Origin: Haliotis rufescens
Taxonomy: Eukaryota
NCBI RefSeq assembly: GCF_023055435.1
Contig: NW_025964090.1
Coordinates: 3,224,001 to 3,288,000, forward strand
DNA length: 64,000 nucleotides
Direction: 5' to 3'
Made by a program: the position numbers and the translations under genes. Positions 52,588-64,000 of this stretch are shown here, piece by piece. The notes beneath the pieces are model-generated. The model had not been told where the DNA came from. It made no database searches and saw nothing but the letters and a program-made list of their open reading frames with translations. The stretch's first letter is position 1. Each line of letters starts with the position of its first letter.

Positions 52588-52712
52588 CCGTCATTTAGCT
52601 GAGTGACAAATAGTCACAAACATCATATCTCGTCCTACATTCTATTATTGTCCATAGATTAATCATGTTCATGAGAAGTTATAGGTATTGCAACATATGG
52701 TCACGTCAATCC

Positions 52713-52732
52713 AGATAACGTTACCTATAAAG
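52713..52732 (+). promoter_or_regulatory. Putative core promoter of GH26 gene 4 (GATA plus TATA)
   Basis: AGATAA 52713 and TATAAAG 52726, upstream of micro-exon 1. Confidence 0.45.
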
Positions 52733-52780
52733 TTGAGACATGAAGCTTGCATAATACCATTTGAAATGGATCCTATCACA

Positions 52781-52791
52781 ATGACAATAAG
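52781..52791 (+). CDS. GH26 gene 4, micro-exon 1 (ATG ACA ATA AG|gtaaag; in-frame upstream ATG at 52766)
   Basis: TATAAAG at 52726. Phase 2 fits the exon at 55191. Confidence 0.6.
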
Positions 52792-53292
52792 GTAAAGTGG
52801 TAACATTTTGCCGTTTGTAAAGTTTAATCCATGCATGCAGTCCTACGTGGGGTAAAAATATAGTTGATGTTTGAGAAATAGAGATTATTAACCGAGTGTT
52901 TCCGTCTCGTAAATTTCATATATTCGGTATAACAATTGTGATATCTGATGATGGACAGGTCACCAGAAACTGTACAGTGGAAACATGAAATACTTAAGAC
53001 TGAAGCCAAACCGCAAGTAGTGACATTAAACTCTTATTAAGCTAGCTAGAAGCATTGAAAATTCACGTTCCAAAGTACTACTGCATTTGTTTTCCCAAAC
53101 CGGAAGTATTGCCATTAAAACGGAAGTGCTAGTGTCCTTGTCATTGAGGTATTAAGAGGCATAAAAAAATATATGTGCATTGGATATTTGTTTCCCAAAA
53201 TAGGAGTGCTTATAACTTAATTTAGGAGAGCTAAAGACACAGGACTAAGTTGTACTTCATTGGACAGCATTAGAGATGAATGCAGATATATA

Positions 53293-54933
53293 TACTCTGC
53301 AGCAAAAATAAACAACGCAAAAGTTATTTTGGTTTTGTATATATTAGATATCATATAAATAATCAACAGATTGTAATCGAATTTTGGAAATTTGCACGCA
53401 TCAAATTCATTGACCCAGATTCCATATGGCATATATGGAACAGTAGATTTTCAAGGTGAAAGACATCTGTGCTCATTTATTTTGTATAGCCATCATTACA
53501 GTCACAAATTGACCGGCATCGTCGTCCAATGGAAGCAGTCAGATTCCTGGACCGTGAAGATCCGTGATAGAAAAGATCTTCACAAAGCCATGCTTGCCGT
53601 AAAAGGCGACTATGCTTGTCGTAAGAGGCGACTAACGGGATCGGGTGGTCAGGCTCGCTGACTTGGTTGATGCATGGCATCGATCCCAATTGCGTGGATG
53701 GAAGCTCATGATGTTAATCACTGGATTGTCTGGTCCAGGTTCGATCATTTACAGACCGTCGTCATATAGCTGGAATATTGCTGAGTCGGGCGTTAAACAA
53801 CCAACCATTCAGATTTCGAATTGTGACCTGGGGAATTTTCATCCCCTCTTCCTGCAATGCTTGTTCGCAGTCGTTGATCCAGTGCATCTCATAAATGTTC
53901 GATTGGGTTTAAATCTAGAGACCTGAAGGTCAATGGCCGAACCTGGATGTTGTGATTGCTGCGAAAAAGGCTGTTGTCTGTCTTGTCTTGTGAGGTCGGA
54001 CGTTGTCTTGTTCGCGTGTTACATAATGAGAAGAACGTGTGGCCGAAGAATCTCATCCGTGCAGCAAGTCTGTTCTACCAGTGTAGGAGATAGCTGCCCA
54101 CATCATCACACCACCACCGCCAAATCTGTCCATTTCCTGTATGCAGTTTCGTGCACAACGTCCCCCGCGACGCCTGTAAACACGACGTCACTCATCCGCA
54201 CGTCGAAGCATAAAACGAGACTCATCGCAAAACCAAACTGGTCTCTATCGCAGTTGTGGTCATACTCTGTGACCTAGAAACCACTGACGTCGCAGCCGAC
54301 GACGCAGGTCCTTCAAAATGCCCCCTCGAACAGGTCGTCTTGAGCGAATAGGTTCCTCACTGTCTGGGCTGACTGCATCCTGGTACTGCCGTGGTTGTAG
54401 AGGTGGTAGTGATGGTTCTTCCTCATGAGTGACGTAGCCGTATGAATCTGTCTTGTGCTCTTGTAGTGATACGTGGTCAACCGGATCGGCGAAGGTCACG
54501 TGTTGTGCCGTGTGTCTGATAACTGTTCCACTGTCTTGTAATCTGGCTACGGCCGAAGATGGTACGCCTCCATGCAGTCGGCCGCTGGCGTTGTTGCATT
54601 GGGCTTCCGACACTCGTGGCATGTTTTTAGTGTTCACTTGTATAAGATTGTGTTGGCATGCAAATGAAAACCCAACGTTTTTATAGACCAACAAGTGATG
54701 TTGCACGTGCATGTCATGTTGGTGTGTTTCGGCGCCAGGCTCTCAATTGGTTGTGTTTTTGCGTGATTTGCATCTTTTAACAAAATTTCTGCAGTACCTC
54801 ATTTTTTCTCCACAAAGAAATTCAAATCCATGCAGATTAAACCAATTGATTTTTGGTAATAATTTTGTATGGATATCTGCAACACTCGGATATTTACGAT
54901 TTTACTAATTTTGCGGGGTTTTTTTGCAGAGTA
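53293..54933 (-). mobile_element. Degenerate Tc1-like transposon in intron 1 of GH26 gene 4, interrupted by a SINE (about 53549-53806)
   Basis: Frameshifted transposase remnants starting MPRVSEAQCNNASGRLHGG. Imperfect TIRs tactctgca...cgcaaaa at both ends. Confidence 0.75.
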
Positions 54934-55190
54934 TATTAGTGAGATCAGCTATCACCTGATTTGGTGAAGTCAAAATGGTTTATGATACATGTTCCAGGAG
55001 AAAAGGTTTTGGGTTTTCAGGAAAAGGTGGGCATGAGGCCGTTTCGGGGTTTTCAATGCCTTGCAATCACCTTTTTAGTTAATATACTAGCAACCAAATA
55101 CAACTGTGCTGAGGATAAAATCAAATACCCAGTTCCTTTCACAGTGCAGCATATTTATCAACCAATAACCCAAACGACTTTCTATCGCAG

Positions 55191-55422
55191 CTACATATTC
55201 ACAACATTGTTGCTACCTGTCCTCCCATATGGTTTGTGTGCGCCAGTGGATCAGCATGCAACGCCAGAGACACGTCACCTCTACAAGAACCTCATGACCA
55301 TGGCCAGAAACCCGAATGCCATCATGTTTGGTCATTCCAGCGACACATGGACTGGTGCATATGGTGGACATGCCACTTATGACGTCGTCACAAATACGAC
55401 AAACAAAGGTTGGAGATATACA
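55191..55422 (+). CDS. GH26 gene 4, exon 2
   Basis: YIFTTLLLPVLPYGLCAPVDQHATPETRHLYKNLMTMARNPNAIMFGHSSDTW...GWRYT. tcgcag acceptor, gtaagt donor. Confidence 0.88.
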
Positions 55423-56582
55423 GTAAGTACCTCTTTGACGACATTTCATTTTGCTGCTGTGCTGACGTTACATAGTCATGTGTATTTGATCAACTTCAGT
55501 CATGTTTGAATGAGAAGAAGTATAGGCATAAAATGACTCGATAGTGACTATTAACTGAGTGAGTGAATGTTGTTTTATGTCAATGTTTGTTGTTTATGAC
55601 TGCGGTCTAGACCAGACAATCCAGTGACTGATATCATGTGCATCGATCCATGCAGTTGGGATATGATAACATGCACCAACAAAGTGAGCAAGCCGATACC
55701 GATCCAGTTAGTCGCCTCTGGGTTGCTGAAGACCTATTCTGACCCAGAACTTCGCGGGTATTTACGTCAGAGTCAACAGTATTCAAGCTATATTATTATG
55801 ACATGTAAATGACCGAATAATTCTGGGCCAGTCACACTTGCTAATAGCACCAGTGTTAAACAAGATGCCAAGTCGCACCTACAATAGTCGGATCCGATGT
55901 TTTATGGTCCGGAACAGACCATCCAGTGATTCATTTTATGAGTATCGACCAACGTCGGCGGTATACGGTTGATGACACACAATCAACCAATTCACAGAGT
56001 CTGACTACCTGATCCATTTAGTTGTATCGTATGACAAACACAGGCTGTGTGCGACCAATGCAAACCCGCAATTTCCTTGGGGACAGTTCCAGCACATATT
56101 TTGGATAGCGAGGTTCTTTTCTGTGCTGATATCTGTGCTGGCTCCACAGGGGAATCTCAAATGAAATCATTGTTGACAAATCATTATGCTCAATATCAAT
56201 AGATGTTAAGAAGGAAGATAGTATTGCACACGTTTAACCGACCAGTGTTTGTTTGTTTATTTCTTGTTTAACGCCGCACTTAGCAATATTCAAGCTTATA
56301 TGACGGCGGTCTGTAAATAATCGAGTCTGGACCAGACAATCCAGTGACTGACACCATGAACATCGATCCACACAATTGGGATACGATGACATGCATCAAA
56401 CCAAGTCAGCGAGCCTGACCACCCGATTCCGTTAGTCACATCTTACGACAAGCATAGTCGCCTTTTACGGCAAGCATTGGTGGCTGAATATCTATTCTAC
56501 CCCGAATCTTCACGGGTCACCAGTGTTAATAAAATTAACAAACCCTGAACCCTGGTGATCTTTGTCGTTCATATACTTACAG

Positions 56583-57536
56583 GCTGAACAGGCAATGAAA
56601 GATTCCCCTGATGAGTTGTCCGACGTGAAGAGCGTGACTGGGCAGTACGCAGCAGTCATTGACTTAGGGATGTGGCAGCTGAGTGATGACCGAAACATAG
56701 TTGTATCCCATCTTGTCAAGACCGCCCTCAAGCGTGGTGTGATTGCAACTCTGAGCCAGCATCTGTATAACCCCATCACAGGGGGAAGACCGTGGGTGGA
56801 AGAGGACAATGGTACTGTCCTCCATACCGTCAGGCGTCTCTTACCAGGAGGAGATACCAATTGGAAGTTCCAGAAGAATCTCGACACCATCGCCGAAGTT
56901 GCTCATAACCTGACGGACGACCAGGGGAAGCTTATACCTGTTCTCTACAGACCTCTTCACGAGCTTAATGGAGACTGGTTTTGGTGGGGATTGGGAAATA
57001 AGGTTCAAAATACAGAAGATGATCTGAAATCCTTTTATCGATACATAGTTACGTATCTACGTGATCATAAAAAAGTTCACAACTTCCTGTATGTTTTCAG
57101 CCCGGACAAGTTCACGGACAAAGCAGATTATCTCAAGGTGTATCCTGGTGATGATTATGTTGATGTTATAGCCACGGATTTCTATTACACATCACCTTCG
57201 GTTAAGACAAGTGACTTTTCTAGAATAGTGAAACAGCTAGTGGAGATAGCCGAGTCAAGAAACAAGATAGCGGCAGTGTCAGAGGCCGGGCTTTTTAACA
57301 ATGGCATTGATCAGCAGACTAATTTCTGGAACGAAAAGATTCTTGATGTCATCAAAACTGACCCCACTAGTCGCCGTATTGCATATATTCTCACATGGGC
57401 AAACCATTGTGGCAACAATAAGTGCGAATTGTGGGTGCCTTACAAAGGTCACCCTGCTGAGAATGACTTCAGGAACAACTTCTTCAATGACCCCATTACC
57501 ATGTTTGGGGATGATATTCCAGATATGTTCAAGTGA
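56583..57536 (+). CDS. GH26 gene 4, catalytic exon 3 (beta-mannanase-like)
   Basis: Same catalytic motifs as gene 3. ttacag acceptor. AATAAA at 57554. Joined protein 398 aa. Confidence 0.93.
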   Translation, partial: AEQAMKDSPDELSDVKSVTGQYAAVIDLGMWQLSDDRNIVVSHLVKTALKRGVIATLSQHLYNPITGGRPWVEEDNGTVLHTVRRLLPGGDTNWKFQKNLDTIAEVAHNLTDDQGKLIPVLYRPLHELNGDWFWWGLGNKVQNTEDDLKSFYRYIVTYLRDHKKVHNFLYVFSPDKFTDKADYLKVYPGDDYVDVIATDFYYTSPSVKTSDFSRIVKQLVEIAESRNKIAAVSEAGLFNNGIDQQTNFWNEKILDVIKTDPTSRRIAYILTWANHCGNNKCELWVPYKGHPAENDFRNNFFNDPITMFGDDIPDMFK

Positions 57537-59819
57537 AACGTTCTTAAGATATAAATAAAGGTCAAAATCGTTTTATAATATCTTGGATATCACCGTGAGA
57601 TATTTGATGACCAATAAAACATAATGATCAGAAAGACAGCCTCACAACTGTTGATATACTGCACGTGGAAGTTTCAGAAAGTTTCATTTTCTGTTTGTCT
57701 GAGGTGCTTGTCGTAGCAGGCGACGAACGGGATCGGGTGTCTGGACCTGACAATCCAGTGATTGATATCATGAGCATCGATCCACGCAATTGGGATCGAT
57801 GACAGGCTTCAACCAAGTCAGCAAGCCTGACCATCCAATCCAGTTAGCCGCCTCTTACGACAAGTATAGACGCCGTTTATCCCAAGCATGGGTTGCTGAA
57901 GACCTATTCTAACCCGGATCTTCGCGGGTCCCATGGTTTATTAATTGAACCATCGATGGAATGTAATTGTCTACAGCCCGACGTCAGTTCTTCGAAAGTT
58001 AAATTTCAGTACTTATTATGGATAGCGTATTAGACTGTCGTTAGTTTCGTTAATCGTTTAACGCCGCACTCATCAATATTTCACCAAAACGACAATTTGG
58101 ACAGGTTCAATATCACCTACCCATAATACAAGATATTCGCAGAAACGGATGTCATAGAGCTCTCAGGCAAATCCTTACTTCCGGTCCTTTCAGAACTAAA
58201 TAATATGTCCTTCGATCACGTGTTTTTTTTAAAGCCACATTAGCATTATCCAATGCCAGTACTCAGAACATCCAAATACAAACTTATTCACAGCATTTTT
58301 CCCAATACCCCGTATCCCATAGCAACGGATATATATTTACCTCCTACAAGATCAAGTGTTGACCCTTGAGTATGGTTCAAGTCAATATCTGAATATTATT
58401 ATGGATTTAAATGGGAGCTTAATGCTATTAGCGCTGATTTCAAGGAAAGGATGAATTCGTCTTACCAACCGGTACTGGAGAATCCCCCCAGAAGCATCTG
58501 TACGCCTGGCTTTTGGTGACCGATGACCCCAGAGTGTCAATGACTTTCATAGTTTAGGGGAGAAATTTGTTTAAACTTTGTAAAGTGTTCACGTTGTCAC
58601 TTCACATTAACCTTATAAAAGTCTCAACATTTGGCGGGTTGATTAGATGTCATTGGTGTGAAAAAGCGCGATATTTCCTGCACCAAAATATCGGTCACAA
58701 ATTATCAGCACATAGAAACTTGTCATCACTGTTAAGAAGGAGCGAACGCGTTCACCATATGGTATATTGTCATGACGTCCTCATTTTAGTCGAAAGTGTC
58801 ACATCGAAACATGATATTATTCTACGTTGATAAAGAGGAAGATCACGAGTTAAAGATCTGTCTACACCGAGTATTGTGTTAACCTGGGACTCAGTATTTA
58901 CATGTAGTTGAACCCTGGAACGAATGATGCCAGTTTTGTTTTCCATAATAATAAGGGTAGAAAGATCTTGTGTAAGTACTTTGCAATATTAACACTTGTG
59001 CATTTAGGCAATTCTCAATGCTGGTGTGTTAGTTGAAACCAAATGACGCCACAGTGCTTCGTTGTGAAAAAAACTACATGACGTCATCCATCGTTCATGA
59101 CGTCAAAAATTAATCAGATTTCGTAATAACAGTGAGCTGGTTTGGGTGAAGTTTCTCTGTATTGTTGACATTTCATACATTTTTATTCATTTTGTTAGTG
59201 TAAAATATATAGAATAACCTACTCGAAACACGGAATTTCATATTATTAGTCGCTGAAGGATCGTGACTCACACCATTAATACACTCGGGACAGATTATCT
59301 GTAATTCCTCGCAGCTCATTAGTTGTTCTCTAAGTAATACATTGTGTACAACGTATTACACATGTGTTTTCAATTGCACACCCAAAATTTAAAATAAATA
59401 ACACACTAGTGGTTATGGATATTTAGCACTTTTTAAATTCAAATTTATGTAATATTATAACTTAAAGTTTGAAAAGTGTTTTTTGCATCCTTTGTATTTT
59501 TTCGTGTCACAAGTTACACATTCGCAGTTATGCTTCAAAATATAAAGGAAAGATTTAGGAAACATGCCTGGTAAATACATCACATTACAAATGTGAATAT
59601 GCAACGAATATTCATTGTTCTACATCATTCACCAGAAATGAAGAAGATGCAGAAACGTGGCACTGACTGATATGAACCTGATTCTTGTATCCAGGGTTAC
59701 ACATGAAGCAAAGACAGAACATGAGTGAGTGAGTGAGCTGTTCATCGCCGCTTAGAACAGTGTTAAGTTTTATTACGGTGTGAAATAAAACCCAATGTAC
59801 CCCAAAGCCATATTTAAGG

Positions 59820-59920
59820 TGTGTATATGTGTGTGTGCGTGCTTGTTTGTGTGTGTCTATGTGTGTGCGTGCGTGCGTGTGTGTCTATGTTTGTGTGTGT
59901 CTGTGTGTATGTCTCTCTCT
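59820..59920. repeat. Compound (GT)n/(GTGC)n microsatellite
   Basis: Direct inspection. Confidence 0.9.
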
Positions 59921-61720
59921 CAAAACCGTTCAGTATCCTGCCTGTTAAATCCATGATTATTTCGCCCGAGTTGAATATGTATCCTACGCATCAAGAATAG
60001 AAATTCTTATTTGCTATGTATTATTTGTTATGAGTGAGCAATATTTCAGTCACATTATGCTTTTGTTTCTTTGTTGTTTAACGCCGCACTCAGCAATATT
60101 TCTGCTCTATGACGGCGGTCTGTAAATAATCGAGTCTGGACCAGACAATCCATTGATTGATATCATGAGCATCGATCCAGTCATATTATGGAGGAAGACG
60201 CCGCGAATAGGAGTACCAACGTGGGGAATCGATCTCGGACCTTCGGCGTGAGGTAGAAACCTCCTCTATGCCTTCAGTGTAATAAATATCAGTATACGTT
60301 ACCATTTTTTGTATTTTCCTCACGATAATGAGTGTATGAGTCGAATCTGTTTCCGTGTCAATGATATCAGTATCACTTATCACTCTTTGTACTTTCCTCA
60401 AGATAAACAAGGTCATAAACGAAACCAAAATTATTGCCTAATTTACAATTTGATCTTAAATCACATTTTGACGGTTTCGAGTGGGAAGTGAATGGTCCTG
60501 ATCAGCAAATGAAAACCTTCTGGTTCACTTTTCATGCGCTCCGACTTCATCAAAGATAAGGACTCTGCAGGGTTGTTGTTCTAATCAACACACCGTACAT
60601 GAACCCGTTCAGAGAGCCTACCCTTGAAAAACTGAATCTGTGTCGCTTGGTTGACACTCATTTCCAGCAGTACAGAACCTTCTTCAAAATACACATTAAC
60701 ATTGAGATTGTGTCCTTCATCTCTGGCTCATTTTAGAAAATTCTTGAATGCCTTAAGCTTGTTTTCATTATGAATCTTGACATGCTCCTCAAGAGGGTCA
60801 TCATATATTATTAGTATCGAAGTTCCACTGAGAATGCAATCGACCTCCCGAAACTCAATACAAATGTTATATCAGGACAATTATACTAAGCTGACTCGTA
60901 GCTTACTCTTCGGTGACTCTTAGTTGACATTCGTTTAAGCATTTGACAAATAGCAAGTGAAACAAGTTGCTGTGGTTTCAACTTTGGGAGACTACGACTG
61001 TATGAGCTACCTTTCAGTTTCACACACGAGTGAGCTATACACAAACATGGGACATGACCAGACTGTTACCTTAATAATGTTGGTATTACATGTACATTGC
61101 TCAGGGTTGCAGCATTCAAGGCCTGAGAAAAGGTTTTGAAACATTATATGGCAGACACGTGGAGGACATTTCCAAATGTGACGCACCAGTGACAAAACAG
61201 ATGTCCGCCTTTTGACTTGTACCATTTTGACTTACACAGTTGACTGACCTTTGCATGTGTTGGTGACAGGTGCCTCCGTTGAGCAGGATACGCTCACCTT
61301 TTCGCGAACACCTAGTATCATCACAAATTGATAGTGATTTATAAACACATGGTTATCATATAGTCGGAATCGTACAATGAATTTTGCTTTCAGCAGAGAC
61401 TTCTTACAATTGTGGTTAGGTTTTGTCGCTTTTGTAGACATCTGTTAACGTAATGTTCATTGGGATTTTAGCATTTGTTGTTCTTATCAATGAAGACAAT
61501 GATATCCATTGCCTGGGAAATGTGTTCACTAAGTTATCAATAAATGCATATTTTATTATGACTTTCCAAAAAGCACATTATATGATTTCAAATGACAACA
61601 CGCCGCTTTTGTTCCCTAATCAAGCAAATGACAGCTTCGTGCTTCTTATAAGACCGAGTATATCTCGGGTGACCTTGACATGCAAGACGTCGTGTCTATT
61701 GTCGACAAAACGTTTCAATC

Positions 61721-61850
61721 ATGAGAAGACTTCGGCATGATTTTGTGGTATTCTTTGTTATATGGTCAATATCTCTCTTCAATGGATTTGCACAGGATAC
61801 TAACACTGACAATAACATTATCGCTAAAAAGAACGTGGTCCTCATTTTGG
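61721..61850 (+). CDS. SGSH: SGSH-like sulfatase, exon 1
   Basis: MRRLRHDFVVFFVIWSISLFNGFAQ (signal peptide)...AKKNVVLILG|gtaagt. Phase 1 joins to DDAG, giving the sulfatase NxxLIxxDD motif. This exon is not in the ORF track. Confidence 0.82.
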
Positions 61851-62746
61851 GTAAGTATGTCTGGTCAAGAAGGCAACGTCTTGGAGCCTTTTAAACTCTC
61901 TAAAACGTCAATATTGTTCATATTTACAAATAGAGCTGAGCACTTAATTGATTACCAATTTGTTTTTGTATGTTGAATGAAGCTATATATAAAAATATTT
62001 AATTTCTATCGACGCTACAAGAAATGGTACTCGTGGCTGCATGTAAATCGTATCGTTTACGTTGTACAGTTTTATAAGGGAAATGTCTGTTATGCTCAGT
62101 GAGTCGGCTGTCTACGATTCGTACATGGCACTGTTTGATATGTACACGTAATAATCTAAGTGTCAAGGAGAGGAGATAGGGCACAACTGTTGGTTTCTCA
62201 TACCTAGCTTTGTAATCGCACCCACGCTGTTTATGTGCAGAAATGTATTAAACTCTAGATACTGCTGACATAATGTGTTACCGGTAGAGAAGGACATCAG
62301 TAAGCCTTTCGCAAAGACTTGCTGTCATCACTGTTATTAGTGGGGCGGTTAAGGCTGGATTTTGTCAAAATTGTGCAGTTTGGGTTAAAAGCACCAAACT
62401 TGGCACACTTATACATCTTCAGTAATTCATTCATAATTTTATTATTTTAATCACTATTTTGAATTGAATGCCCAATCGAATCTGTTTCGGTAGAAAATCA
62501 AGACTGATTATACTCTACCGCTGACGTTTCATATTTGAGAAAGAAAAGCTAATAAAATGCTATTGGTTATGTGACATTACGTTCTGCGGGGAACAGTTAT
62601 CTTTCTGAATGCGTCTTCGCAAATTAGAATTATTCAGAACACTTGTTCATACTTGCTGGTGGTATTTGCCTGGCTCTCGGTGTTAACCAAGGGCACTCTG
62701 GCTCGGAGTCAATATAATGTGCCTGACTGGAGTATCTTTTATTTCC

Positions 62747-63008
62747 GACCCGTGAAGATTCCGGTGTAGAATAGGTCTTCTGCAACCCATGCTTGCCGTA
62801 AAAGGTGTCTATGCTTGTCGTAAAAGGCGACTAACGGGATCGGGTGGTCAGGCTCGCTGACTTGGTTGATACATGTCATCGATCCAAGTCGCGTGGATGA
62901 TATTAATCATTGGATTGTCTGGTCCAGACTCGATTATTTACAGACCGCCGTCATATAGCTGAAATATTGCTGTGTGCGGCGTTAAACAATAAACAAACAA
63001 ACCAACCA
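62747..63008 (+). mobile_element. SINE family C inserted inside a family D SINE
   Basis: Imperfect TSD tctttt(t/g)atttcc. Family D sequence continues on both sides (about 62650-63175). Confidence 0.8.
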
Positions 63009-63184
63009 GTCTTTTGATTTCCACTGCGGCATCTTATCATAAGTGGGCAAGCAACATAAAACCGGCATTAGTCCGGAATAGTACAAGCAGCCACACGCAC
63101 ACGTGCATGCACGTCGCTATATGAGTGAAATAATCTTGAACGTTACGTGAACATACATTTCACCTCGCCTCACCCCACCTTATA

Positions 63185-63460
63185 GTGAGTGAGTTGGGTT
63201 TAACGCCGCTTTTAACAGTATTCCAGTTATTTCACGGCGTGTCAGCTTAATGTGGGAGGAAAGCCCGAAGTGATGCAGGTCTCAGACGTCTACCACTTCG
63301 GTGAAACCCACAAGCACGGGTATGGTGCTGACAAACCTAGAAACATAATTAGGTTGAACCGGGATTCGAACCCACAATCATAGGTTTCTGGCGTGCCCAA
63401 GGGACGCAACTCTGCACAGCGAATCGCGGCGCCTTAGACAACTGGTCCACCCGTGCCCCA
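63185..63460 (-). mobile_element. SINE family B
   Basis: Full-length copy in intron 1 of the SGSH-like gene. Confidence 0.85.
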
Positions 63461-63837
63461 AACTCGCCATGATGCCAATATTATACAGTTTTATGAAAAG
63501 AATGTTCAAGGCATATATATATCTAAAGACTACAGCAGTATAGAACTGCATGTAACTGATCTTAACAGGCGCCCTGAACATTCTTTTTATAAAACTGTCA
63601 CTGTAATACTGATCTCATGGCCAGTCAATACGAATACAATGTCTCTATGTATGTCTGTCTGTCTAAATCTCTAGACTAGAGGCAAATGTTAAAGTCTCTC
63701 ATTTGGATCAGTGATGGTTGTGTTGATGTGACAATACGTTGGCAATATATTAATATTTTACTTTCAGCAATGTATGACACGTTTTTCTCTGAACAACATT
63801 AAAGCGTTTGTAGTAAACGTTCTTTATTCCACTGAAG

Positions 63838-63970
63838 GCGACGATGCGGGTTTCGAGATGGGAGCCTATAACAACACGGCCTGCAAGACACCAAATTTTG
63901 ATAAACTTGCCTCCAGGGGTGTAACGTTTGATAACGCCTTCACCACCGTCAGCAGCTGCTCGCCAAGCAG
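63838..63970 (+). CDS. SGSH: SGSH-like sulfatase (N-sulphoglucosamine sulphohydrolase), exon 2; gene continues past the window
   Basis: [44 protein letters not shown], with the formylglycine motif CSPSR. Closely matches the sulfamidase N-terminus. Confidence 0.9.
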
Positions 63971-64000
63971 GTAGGACATCCCGTGCCTTTCGTCACCACT

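Noticed and set aside
40822-57536. Bacterial contamination or chimeric assembly as the source of the GH26 ORFs
   Set aside because: Conserved spliceosomal introns, poly(A) signals and host SINEs within and between the genes.

Overview
Eukaryotic (animal) genomic DNA with spliceosomal introns and abundant SINEs with (ACTC)n/(AAAC)n tails. The repeat landscape suggests a mollusc, possibly an abalone (inference only). From left to right: (1) five 5' coding exons of MTO1 (GidA/MnmG family) on the minus strand, running off the left edge. (2) A tandem cluster of four plus-strand, three-exon, signal-peptide-bearing glycoside hydrolase family 26 (beta-mannanase-like) genes. This family is typical of bacteria and fungi, so these are candidates for a domesticated horizontal transfer. 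(3) Exons 1-2 of an SGSH/sulfamidase-like sulfatase at the right edge. The first GH26 copy has a 26-kb second intron and a truncated C-terminus. That intron holds a ~20.6-kb array of about 16 non-coding ~1.2-kb units. Each unit carries CRE motifs, same-strand splice sites and many hairpins. The array has a 2070-bp higher-order repeat and is interrupted by a piggyBac-type element and a MITE. Other notable elements are a TRIM with a tRNA-like LTR, an in-frame-deleted Tc1 transposase, a SINE whose target-site duplication copies an MTO1 splice acceptor, and a SINE family with a structured non-tRNA head that has also been amplified as a minisatellite. All exon boundaries were inferred by eye from splice signals, phase compatibility and paralog comparison.
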